Assembly (NCBI GenBank): GCA_963713045.1
Contig: CAVQKE010000005.1
Location: forward strand, 64,001 to 128,000
Direction of reading: 5' to 3'
DNA length: 64,000 nt
Origin: an uncultured delta proteobacterium
Lineage (GTDB): Bacteria > Myxococcota > Myxococcia > Myxococcales > Myxococcaceae
Part shown: one piece after another, positions 50,538 through 60,243 of the stretch
How positions within the stretch are numbered: position 1 is the first letter of the stretch
Layout of the letters: each line of letters starts with the position of its first letter
Notes under the pieces: generated by a model
Told to the model about the DNA's origin: nothing
The model's database searches: none
Seen by the model: the letters and a program-made list of their open reading frames with translations, nothing else
Program-made: the position numbers and the translations under genes

Positions 50538-51438
50538 TCACCGTTTCTGCGCCTTGGGGTTGTAGAGCACGACACCCGACCTGAACCATTCAACGAGCGT
50601 GATGGCCAGCGGCAGGGACGTCTCTGCGGTGGCCTGGTCAACGTGTAGAGGAACGGCCGGGTCGTCTGTCGCGCGCCGGTCTATCTGGCCGGTCACCAGC
50701 AGCGCGACAATCGCCGTGAGCGCTTCGACCCTGTCCGGGCCTTGGCCGTTCACCTCAAAGGTCAGCTTCCATTTCCATGACTCGTTCTTCAGGGGCCGAG
50801 CAGCTTGTTCAGAGTAAAGAGTGAGTCGGCCGGCGCGAAGATGGCCTTGCTCGCCGCCTCGACGGCACGGACGCTCTCCCGGTAGCCGGCGCTCGGGTCT
50901 GGGCTGCGACCGTAGACGTGCCGACGTGCCCCCACGCCGCAGATAGCAGCCGGCCGGCAGTTTCCTCCCGTGCCGCGGCCTTCTCCGCGAGCGCCTGAAG
51001 TTCGGGAGTCACCCGCCGAGTGAGGCGCGACTCGCCGCTCAGTTTCGAGACCGTCCACGCCGAGGCCGCCCGGGTCAAGAGCGCGCCTAGCTTGTCCTCG
51101 GGCAGCCTCCGCATGGCCAGCCCCTCGTCGAGAAAGTCGAGGGTGACGTCAGGTGAGCCGAGCAAGTCCTCCACGAATCTCACAATCCAACTCGAGCCTG
51201 CGAAGTTCCGCTCCGGGAAGCTCGCGCACTGAAGCTTGGCATCCACGGTATCTAGAAAGTCCTGGAGAAGACTGTTCTGGGAAAGAACGACGAAGCAGTC
51301 GAGGAGCAAGTTCTCCAGAGGTCGGGCCAGCCATCCGGGAATGCCTTCGTGAGGACCTCCCAGCGCGCGACGTCCGACCCGCACGCTCAGCGGCTTCGGT
51401 GGCTCATCCATGCGGGGATTCTGGCGCACTTCGCCCAC
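50538..51438 (-). pseudogene. Abi/HEPN-like hypothetical protein broken by two frameshifts
   Basis: Three ORFs join as ...SAAWGH/VYGRSPDPSAGYRESVRAVEAA...LLG/LKNESWKW...LAITLVEWFRSG. 8-bp tandem duplication at 50915-50930. Confidence 0.55.
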
Positions 51439-51766
51439 GGGGAAGGCTGGCTAGGTATGTCGTCCAAGCTGGACCATCAGGCAAACGATAGTAATATTCG
51501 CTTAGCTTGGCATGCTGGACGGAACACCTCGTCAAGGGCAGGATTTCAGACGTTGAAAAAAAAGACGGGCCAATCCTTCGAAGTTGGGACGTGTAGTGGA
51601 TAGCAGGACACCTCGAGGAGCGCGCCTCCCCCGGCCACCGAGGTAGCGGTACTAGCAGTGCGATGGGGGGCGAATGGGACGACCTGGGTGACCGGTCCCA
51701 AACGACGCACGGCGACGACGACCCGAAGCGCCCGGCCCAAAGGCTGGGTTCCCTTTGGAGTCGCCC

Positions 51767-52378
51767 ATGCCTGCAGACACCCACCTCGAAAATCTCCGCC
51801 GCGACCCGTTCAAGGTCTGCGAGCGACTCCTCGCGCTCGGCCCTAACATCGGCCGTGCCGTACAGGAGATCCTCCGCCGTGACCCCGGTGCGTCTGGTCG
51901 TGACCTCACCGCCGCCGGCCAGCTGTACGTTTTAGAGCACGCCAACGATGACGTAGACATTCCGCTTCATTCGTACCTGCACAAGCGGCTCCGGCGGTTC
52001 CTAAAAGAGCAGGCCCGGGCGGCAGTCACTCCCCTTCACGTTCCGCGACGTCGTCGGGCGACTAAGACTCTCTCGCTGGCCGGCTACACCGAAGGCAAAG
52101 ACACGCCACTCGACAAAGAAGTGGACCGCGCCTTCGCCGACCAGCAAGCGGCCGCTCAGGACAGGGCCCAGGCAGAGGTACGTGCTCACGCCGTCCAAGA
52201 GGCGGTAGCGACGCTTGACGGAGAGCAACGGGCGGCCGCTGAGGGGGTAATGGCCGGGGAGAGCGCGAGGGAATTGGCTCGGAAGACCGGCCGGTCACGC
52301 CGCGCGGTCGCCGAGCTGCGGGACGAGGCATTCGACGCCCTTCGTCCCAAGCTGGCTCATCTGGTGACGAGATGCTGA
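51767..52378 (+). CDS. Sigma-70 region 4-like HTH protein
   Basis: GGAG RBS; AVATLDGEQR...GESARELARKTGRSRRAVAELRDEA. Confidence 0.65.
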   Translation: MPADTHLENLRRDPFKVCERLLALGPNIGRAVQEILRRDPGASGRDLTAAGQLYVLEHANDDVDIPLHSYLHKRLRRFLKEQARAAVTPLHVPRRRRATKTLSLAGYTEGKDTPLDKEVDRAFADQQAAAQDRAQAEVRAHAVQEAVATLDGEQRAAAEGVMAGESARELARKTGRSRRAVAELRDEAFDALRPKLAHLVTRC

Positions 52379-52854
52379 CCGATTTCCCAATCGAGGATGT
52401 TTCGTCCCGGGGCGTTTGTGAAGGGCCGCCCGTTATTCGGGAGCAAGTGGAGCTGTGCCTCGACTGGATTCTGGCCGGCAACCTTCGGCCGGCGCCCATC
52501 GACCACGCGGACAACGTTCCGGGCAGTCGGCAGCTGAAGCACATGGTCGAGCGTTGGGCGCGGGAATACGTCTCGAACGGCGCCTTTATCCTGGCTTGCC
52601 ATGAGGCCGGTATCGCTCAGCGTCGGTCACCGAGCTTTCGAGCCAATACCGATGTGGCAGCGCGACCGACAACGCGCGCCAAGTTCAACGATGCGTTCTA
52701 TCTAAACCCGTGCAGCTTCGTGGACCCCTTCGCGCGCGCCTTCGTCGACGCAGAGGAGCGGTCATCGGCAAAAGCACACCGAGCGCCCGCCGACATCGGG
52801 CCGACTAAGGACGGACATGCCAGCCTCAAGAAGTTCCCGCTGGGCGAGTCATGA
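52372..52854 (+). CDS. Hypothetical mobile-element protein
   Basis: Overlaps both neighbours; SxxLKHxxE...YVSNGAFI motif. Confidence 0.55.
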   Translation: MLTDFPIEDVSSRGVCEGPPVIREQVELCLDWILAGNLRPAPIDHADNVPGSRQLKHMVERWAREYVSNGAFILACHEAGIAQRRSPSFRANTDVAARPTTRAKFNDAFYLNPCSFVDPFARAFVDAEERSSAKAHRAPADIGPTKDGHASLKKFPLGES

Positions 52855-55139
52855 AGCCGGACACCGGACCCGCCGCCACCATGGGCGAACGCGTGGAGGC
52901 AGTGTTCTCGCGGGTAGCCCAGCCAGTCGTCGACGACGTCATCGCGCAGCCGCGCCTGGGCGAAGAGACTGAACCGGCCGCAGTCATAGAACAGCCAAAC
53001 AGCGCCCCCGCCTCCCAAGACAGTGGCCAGCCTCACGTGATGCCGGCCAGCGATGTGCCGCCCGCCTCGGTGGAAGACAAGGGCGACGAGGCTGTGGGGC
53101 GAGAGGAGGAATACGAGCCGCCCGCTAGCAGCATCGCCATCGCGGAGTTCACGCGTAAGGACGACATCGTGCCGCAGCCGCGAGTCCTCGGGTCGTTTCA
53201 GGACCTCTTCGCCTTCGCCCGCAAGCCGGTCGTGGCTGAGTCGAAAGAGGACGTTTCGCTCTGGTCGCCGGTGACGTACAAGCCGGGGACCAGTCGCGCG
53301 CAAGAGTACAAGGCCGAAGACTGCATCGAGACGGTCAACGCCGCCGTCTTCGAGGTCGACCACCTACCCCTCAACAAGGTTGATGCCTTCCTCGAGCGGC
53401 TGGCTAGAACAGGTCTCAAATTCTTCGTCTACACCACGCCTCGCACCGAAGCTGCGGCAAGGACTGTGAGGGCGAAGACGACGCCCACTTCCGCGTGGTC
53501 TTCCTACTAAGCAAGCCCGTTACGGCGGCGGATTGGCCAGCAGTCTGGCAGGGAATCGTGCGGCGGTTCATTCCCGAGGCGGATGTGAAGGCCAAGGACG
53601 CAAAGCGGATGTTCTACCTCCACTCGCATCCTGCCGACCGCGCCGACCTGGCCATCCGTCAGTACACGGACGGTGGGGAGCTCGACCCGACCCCGTTTCT
53701 CGTTCGGCGGACGGCGCAGGAGCCCGCCGCCGCCAAGGACGATGGCGAGGGGGAGCAGAAATACATGGGGAAGGTCCCTCTCGCGCGACGCTTCGAACGG
53801 ATGAACCTCTACGCCTCGAAGATGCTGGATGACGAGAAGAGAATCGCGGGTCAGGAGAGAACGGGAGCGGCGTCACGATGGGCGTTCTCAATATCCTCAT
53901 CCGCGGCTTCGGCATCGATGACTTCGAGACGGCGATGAAGGTGGCTTGCCCGTACAGCGACAAATACTGCGACCCTCCATGGAGCGAGTGGGAGCTAAAG
54001 AAGAAGGTCCTCGACGTCATGCAAGGCGGTCACCCAAAGTCCCTACCCTGGGGCGAGAAGCTCAAGGAAAAGGAAGACGAGCGGCCGGCCAAAAGTAAGG
54101 AGTGGGAATTCGTCACGGAGCGCGGTGACGTCTTCGCGGCCCACGACTTCAAGCCGCCCGTTCGCCTTGTCGGCCCCATCCTCGAGGAAAGCATCACCTA
54201 CATTTTCGCCGCGGCCAACGCCCTCAAGACGTGGTTCGCGCTGGAGATTGTCCGACTGGGGCTCTAGCCGGCATGGTCACACTTTACGTGATGGAGGAAG
54301 GTCATCCTTTCTTCACACAGCAGCGTTTCCAGGCAATGGGCATTCCGCCGACCTATCACCTGGCACTCCGCCGCGAGGTCATCATTCACGAGCCGAAGAA
54401 GCTCGACGCCATCATCAAGAGGGCCAAGGAGGTGGCCGCGCGGCTCATTGTGCTCGACCCGCTCTCGGACATGGTCAACGTTGAAGAGCACGACAACTCG
54501 GCCATGAAGGTCGTCAACGAGGCCATGAGAAGGCTGAAGTTGGAGACCGGGGCCGCGGTCGTTGCCCTCCACCACAGCACCAAGAGCGCCGGCCATCGCG
54601 AGGACGGCAACCCGCAGCACTACATCTCACCGGACCAATACAACATGCGCGGCGCCTCGGTCCTGGCCGGCGGGGCTGACCTCATGCTGGAGCTGCGACG
54701 GCCCAAGGAGAGCGACGTCGAGGCCGACATCCACATGGTCAAGGCGCGCTTCCTCCCGCACGAGCCGCCGGGCCGACTCATTCTCTCGACCGAAAACGAC
54801 CCGCAGACCGGCCTACTGACCAAGGCGCGGGTGACCTGGCTTTCCGGGGCGGAAGCCGTCCAGAAGCGAGACGAGGCGAAGAAGGCGCGGGAGGCGGTCA
54901 AGGCTAGCGGCGCGTCGGTGGTCGAGAAGGAGGTCCTCGACTACCTCCAGAAGCGGGGCCCTTCGTCCTGCCGGAACATCGTCGACGCGCTTGGGATGCC
55001 GGTGCGGTCGGTTCAGGGGGCTTTGGGGCGGATGGCGGCGCGGGACCTGGTCCACAACAGGGGGCCGGGAACCAGACCAAATGGGACGTTGGCCCCAGGG
55101 CGCGGCAATGAGAATCGCACCCTTTCCTACACCGCCTAG
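52851..55139 (+). pseudogene. Primase (AEP-like) - PriCT - AAA_25/RepA-type helicase - wHTH fusion, split by three single-base frameshifts
   Basis: VFEVDH, YTT(P)SH, FRVVFLL, RMFYL; CDPPWSEWELKKK; degenerate Walker A AAANALKT, LIVLDPL, LHHSTK, RGASVL. Confidence 0.7.
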
Positions 55140-55186
55140 GCCCGCCGCCGGCCCCGAGGATTTCAGGCTGGCCAGGTGCTCCCGCT

Positions 55187-55231
55187 TTGTTGCGACACGG
55201 GCGCCTATATATAGAAAGCGCGTCGCAACAA
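55187..55231. repeat. Nested palindrome, candidate replication origin
   Basis: TTGTTGCGAC...GTCGCAACAA 10-bp inverted repeat around the self-complementary CTATATATAG (55205-55214). Confidence 0.55.
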
Positions 55232-55319
55232 CGGAACTACGAGGACGTCCCGCCTTTTGCGGCGGTTCGTTCCCTGCAGTTCCGCGCCTGGCCTGCCACG
55301 ACGACCTAGGGGCGCGTCG

Positions 55320-55678
55320 CAACCACGGTCTCCGGCGCCTGTGGAAGCCTCGCGGTGGTGCCCGCGTGATGGAACACCGCCACCCGCGTCGTGGAAGAGG
55401 TCAGAGACCACAACACCACGGCCCGTTAGGTCCGCGCGCGCCGCCTCGATGTCGAACACCGCGAGATGCAAACCCTGGAGCGTTCCCGGCGCAGAGGTGG
55501 TGATGCCCCTCCCGAAGATGATCGAGGCCGCCGAGCCCGGAGGCGTGAATTGCACCACCCGGAATTCGGGTCCGGTCGCGAAGTCAGCATCGAGACGCCA
55601 CCCAATCACTTCGTAGAAACGCTTCGCTCGGTCGACGTCGGAGACCGGAACGACCACGATTTCGAGCTTGATGTCTAT
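55320..55678 (-). pseudogene. VOC/glyoxalase family protein, degenerate
   Basis: KLEIVVVPVSDVDRAKRFY, FRVVQFTPPGS; ATA at the expected start position; frameshift after FHDAGG. Confidence 0.7.
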
Positions 55679-55859
55679 GAGATCCCCCTCGCTAGGTACT
55701 GCATGTTCAACTCCCTACGCTTCGCCTTCGCGTCAAGAACCTTCCCCCTGCCATGGACGACGGCGTCAGCTGCCCAACTCCTTGGCTAGGAAGCTGTGAA
55801 TCTGGGCGACGACGGCAGCACCCTCCCACTTAGTCGAACCGGCTCGGACGGCCCCGATC

Positions 55860-55958
55860 ACCACGTCACTGCTGGAGGCCGCAGGCGTGCACGTCGTGGA
55901 TGCCCCGCACATTCTCCGGCACAGCGACCCACGCATTGCCTTGCGCCGCCTCCAGCAC
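55860..55958 (+). mobile_element. Tyrosine integrase C-terminal remnant
   Basis: TTSLLEAAGVHVVDAPHILRHSDPRIALRRLQH matches the box II pattern; the catalytic Tyr position reads Leu. Confidence 0.55.
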
Positions 55959-56032
55959 CATTTCGGAGGCATAACTTGCAGCATCCGGAAGGTTGGCAAA
56001 GTGGACCGCAAGATTCACCGCGTCCTTCGCAC

Positions 56033-57367
56033 TCAAGGAGTTGGGTGCCGGACCTCGACGCTGTTTTCCGCAACGCGGCCACGCACCAAGAGAATGTGCG
56101 CCTTGAGCTGATATAGATTGTGGCTGAGCTGCAGCGGGACGCGCAAGCGGTTGGCCCGAGCCTCCACTTTCTCCACCCGTCCGGCCAAGTGTGCCAGGTC
56201 CTCCCCCTTGGCTCCGCCATCGAGCTCCGCCTCCACCAGCCTCAACTCCTTGTAGAGGGCGAGCACTCTACGCTGCATGGCACCGTAGTACACCTGCGGG
56301 GCCACTCTTAGCGCGGGGTACAAGAGGCCAAGGAGAGGGACTAGCGGGATAAAGAGAATGAGCAGGCGCTCCAAGAGCACGGCCAGCCAGAAGGGGAAGT
56401 ACTGGTAGAGGAAGGGCGGGCCCGACTTGTAGAAGTGCCGCGCGTCAGCACTGAGCGGCACGTCCATGGCCTCACCGGCTGGAAACCGGCCGGGGCGTTG
56501 AAAGAGGGCCGGACCGCCGTGGATTTCGGACGCTGCTTCCAAAAGGAGGTACTGCAGCGCGGGATTCAAGTCCTCACGGATGAGGAGACTCGGCTGGGAG
56601 GCGATCAGCGTGACGTCCGTGAGCGGCAGGTTTTTGGCCAAGTCGCCCACCCCCATGGGGAGAACGAGCTTGGTCAGGTAGGGGTCACGCGCCACGTAGG
56701 CATCCGCCCGCGAGAAGCTCACCAGCGAGACGCGGGGGTTGGCGGCAAGTCTCTGGACCACCGGGGATTCCCAGGAGGCGACGAGGACGAGGACGTCCAG
56801 CTCATCACTGCCCAAAGCCTTCTCTGCCTCCGCCGGGGTGAAGTCCTTTAGCTGCAAGCTTTTGGGGTCCAGACCATTCAGCGCCAGCAGTCTTCGCGCT
56901 TGGAAGTCAGTGCCCCCGCCCTCGGGCCCAATGGAGACACGCTGACCGACGAGGACGCCCGGGCCGCTGGCCTTGGGCTCGCCCCGCACGAAGACCCACA
57001 TGGGTGAGTACATGACGGAGCCGAGCGAGGCGAGCCCGAGTTTCTGCGCGTCGGTGGCAATACCGGCCAGCACGAAGGCGGCGCTCACGTCCGAAGTGCT
57101 GTCCTGCAGTTTGGCCAGGTTCTCGACGTCCCCGCCCGTCGGCAACAAGCGAACGGTGATTCCATTGCGAGCAAGTATTTTCTGGTACCGGGGGCCAAGC
57201 GCCGCATAGTCGCCGCCCTCCAAGCCCGTCGCCAGGGTGAGCGTGCGCGGAGGGCCGGCTAGGCGCGGACCCAGCACCCAAAGCGCCGCCACTGCTGTCG
57301 CAGCCGCCACGGCCAACGCAGCGTAGACAAGGGGACGGCGACGGGTTGGGCCGGTGGAGAAGGTCAC
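56033..57367 (-). CDS. TAXI-family solute-binding protein with C-terminal TM helix
   Basis: LATGLEGGDY, TGGDVENL, RVSIGPEGGGT; C-terminal PFWLAVLLER TM and helical tail. Confidence 0.85.
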   Translation of the reverse strand: MTFSTGPTRRRPLVYAALAVAAATAVAALWVLGPRLAGPPRTLTLATGLEGGDYAALGPRYQKILARNGITVRLLPTGGDVENLAKLQDSTSDVSAAFVLAGIATDAQKLGLASLGSVMYSPMWVFVRGEPKASGPGVLVGQRVSIGPEGGGTDFQARRLLALNGLDPKSLQLKDFTPAEAEKALGSDELDVLVLVASWESPVVQRLAANPRVSLVSFSRADAYVARDPYLTKLVLPMGVGDLAKNLPLTDVTLIASQPSLLIREDLNPALQYLLLEAASEIHGGPALFQRPGRFPAGEAMDVPLSADARHFYKSGPPFLYQYFPFWLAVLLERLLILFIPLVPLLGLLYPALRVAPQVYYGAMQRRVLALYKELRLVEAELDGGAKGEDLAHLAGRVEKVEARANRLRVPLQLSHNLYQLKAHILLVRGRVAENSVEVRHPTP

Positions 57368-57448
57368 GATTTCTCGAGCCGTTTCGTTAATCCTCTGAGG
57401 ACGCGGGTACGGCGCAGGCTAGAGCCAACCTTGGGGGCCTTCTCGGGG

Positions 57449-58716
57449 CTACCACTTCACCAGTTCCACCTGATCCAGGGGGACCGGTTCGTTACCAAGG
57501 AAGAGGACGAGCCTTTTCCCGTCCGTGTAATACGGGTCGCCGGTGAGGTTGCCCCGCGGCGCGGAAATGGGAGCCGCGCCTACGCCTCCGACGAAGCCGA
57601 CAGCCCGGACGAAGCCCGAGGCGAGTAGGTCCTGCAGCAGGTAGTCCCGGTCGGCGTCTACCTCTGGGTCAATCTTGTGGGTGGTGAGGTACCAGGACTT
57701 GCTGGTGAGACGAACGCCGATGTCCCGGCTGATTTGGCCAACCCACACCCGCTGGCCCTCGTACGTGAAGGGGGCCATCCAGCCGCGCATGTGGTTCCGC
57801 TGGCTGATTTTGTTGCGGATTTTCTGCAGCGCAATGTCCTGCGCGCGGCCATACACATAGAGGGGGCTGACGGGCGAGGACTCATAGGGCTCGCCGAAGA
57901 GGAAAGCGGTGACTGACTTCCGGGAGGCCGCCAAATCGAAGGGCTCGGTGAGATGCCATCCCCTTTCGACGAATGGAAAGAAGACGCGGGGCGGGGTTCC
58001 AATGATGACGAGGTTGAGTGGGTCCCCCCAACGCGACCCGTCTTTGTTCGTGACACAGCAAGGCAGCGCCTCGAGCGCGGCTTTGAGCCCTACGAGGTCC
58101 AGCGTCTGAACCTTTTCGGGTGGGTAGAGCGCCTTCAAGTCGACCCGCTGGAAGTCCCATTTTCCCCCCGGGACAGGGACGACGAAGGGTATTTCCATCG
58201 GCCTACGGTTGGAGAGCAGCGCCACGTTGACGAACTTGCTGCCTTCGCTGTTGTGGGTAAACACGAAGCCGGTGGCAGTCGTCTTGGGCGCCACCGGGTT
58301 GGTGAAGGCGGCCTTCAAGAAGTATTCGTCAATGGCCTGGTTGTCCCCCCCAAGGAGTGATGGAACATGAAGGCCACCTCCGATGGCGAGAAGTAGCTAG
58401 GGTCCGTGCCGAGGGGCAGGTACCAGACCGGACCGTCGGTCTGGTTTTCGATGCGCAGCCACACCGGCTGAACATCTCTGCCGTTGAGGTCCTCCCCGAA
58501 GTAGCGACGACTCTCGTCCGGAGTGAGCGCCACGACGGAGACCCGGACTCCATCCACTTCCTGCGTCTGAGCACGCGCAAGAAACTCGGCCTCCTCCAGG
58601 GGTTGGGGCGAAAACGGCGTGCAGGCAGCTAGGAAAAAAGCCACCAGAGCACGAGAGCGTAGGCCTCGAGCCCTGGCGAGTGGGCGGTGGGCAGTTATGA
58701 AGCGACAGCTTTTCAA
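57449..58716 (-). pseudogene. LssY C-terminal-domain lipoprotein, frameshifted at a G7 tract
   Basis: Lipobox FLAAC; GDPLNLV, RNHMRGW, HKIDPEVDADRD, TGDPYYTDG; frame break at 58345-58351. Confidence 0.7.
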
Positions 58717-59165
58717 GACGACCTCCTAAAGAAGGCCAGCAGCTGAGAGGCCCCCTCACCCCAATTGCCCGAAACAGCCAGGGATGGCCAGGCCTTTAGG
58801 CTAGCTGCGCAGCCATAGGGCTTTCTTCAGGAACCCAGCCCCCCCGTTTGCGCGCCTCCGCTCGGAGCGCGGGCGTGTGGCGTGTGGCGTGTGGCGTTGC
58901 CCTCCCCCTCGGAAATGTCGCAATCGTCTCTCAGCGCCGAGGCGAGCAGCCTTCAGCTGAAAATGACGGTACCATCCCAACGCGACTCACCGCTGCGCCA
59001 CTGCATCGTCCAAACCACGCACCGAGTTGTTGGGCGTAGACTCTGATTCGTGCGGCACCGACCGGATCGATGTCGGGCCCGATATTGTTCGCGGCCGCCG
59101 GGCTGAGCCAACGGAGACCGGTGCGACTCCAGCTGTGGCGGCCAGATGGTTGTCGCGGCGAGAGG

Positions 59166-59513
59166 CTAAGGACGGCCATAGTTCGCATGCCACTTCAGGA
59201 GACGAGCTCGCGCCTCGTCCCACTCCTGGTGCCTCAGTGCGTGGCTCACGCCGCTGAGTTCCGACTGCGCCTCCGCCTGGGTCAACGTATTGGTTTCCAT
59301 CCGTGTGATGTCGTCGGACAAGAGTTGGAGCGCGGCATTGGCGTTGTTTTGGTCCTTCGCTTCGATGGCCGTCATTGCGAGTTGATAGTGTTGTGTCGTT
59401 GAAGCATCTGGCTGACCAGGTTTCCAGCCCGGGGTCGAGGCACAACCGAGTAGGCCCGAGATCAGGACGACTGCGGTCAGCGGGGCGGGGTGTCTTTCAG
59501 GCGTCCACGTCAT
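59166..59513 (-). CDS. Small lipoprotein
   Basis: GGAGG RBS; lipobox LLGC; helical soluble domain. Confidence 0.65.
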   Translation of the reverse strand: MTWTPERHPAPLTAVVLISGLLGCASTPGWKPGQPDASTTQHYQLAMTAIEAKDQNNANAALQLLSDDITRMETNTLTQAEAQSELSGVSHALRHQEWDEARARLLKWHANYGRP

Positions 59514-59756
59514 TCGGTCCTCCCAGACGTCGAAGTTCCGCGATGCCAAGGCACCTGGGCTTGATGATGTCGAGCGTTCACGCTTGCCTTCGCCCTGCGC
59601 CTTGGGTCGCATGGGGCTGCAAAGTTGTCAGCTAACGACTGTGACGGCAAGCCCATCATCTTCAGGCGACGACATGCCGCGGTGCTCTTGGCGCGGGCAA
59701 GTCGGCCCACACCGACAACGTGTTGACGGAACTGAAGGCCCACCTTGGGCTGATTC

Positions 59757-59913
59757 CGTCTCTTGTCCGTCCCCGCAACAGGCCAGCACCTGGCGTTTCT
59801 CTCGCGTTCGTCTACTCGTAGCCAAGCGGCAGCTTCACTGCGTGCGAATCTCGAACGGCATTCGAATTCGGCCGGGCGACCTCGTGACCTACCTGGAGTT
59901 GCGTAGAGATTGA
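59757..59913 (+). pseudogene. Excisionase-like HTH_17 remnant
   Basis: RLLSV..., a shift, then LVAKRQLHCVRISNGIRIRPGDLVTYL. Confidence 0.55.
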
Positions 59914-60039
59914 AGGAAGGTGCACCCTTACCGCGCTGCTGAAGGGGCCCTTCGGGCGGGCGAATGCGCCGGCAGGTTCGCTCGCGGGAGTGAGGCTTGG
60001 GGGCGTCGGGAGGACCCGGGCAACGTGTTGGGCATGACG

Positions 60040-60206
60040 CCCTCGGACATCCTCCTCCTTCTCGGCCACGGCGGCGGCAATGGTTTCTGCGTGGACGTCC
60101 AGGGCCACGGCTCCTTTCGCATGTAGCTCGGCGCGACGCGTCTTCTCAGACTCGCGGCTTAACCTATGCCCTGCGAATCCGGGCTGGTCGTTCCCATCCT
60201 GACTAG
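60040..60206 (-). mobile_element. IS110-family remnant: upstream non-coding end plus first about 20 transposase codons
   Basis: VALDVHAETIAAAVAE matches the IS110 DEDD N-terminal motif; AAGGAG RBS directly upstream. Confidence 0.55.
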
Positions 60207-60243
60207 ACTGATGCGTCGGCACCACTTTTACTCAAGGCCAATC

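Noticed and set aside
49738..50565. 275-aa plus-strand ORF
   Set aside because: No recognisable motifs, atypical composition, and it spans the att scar.
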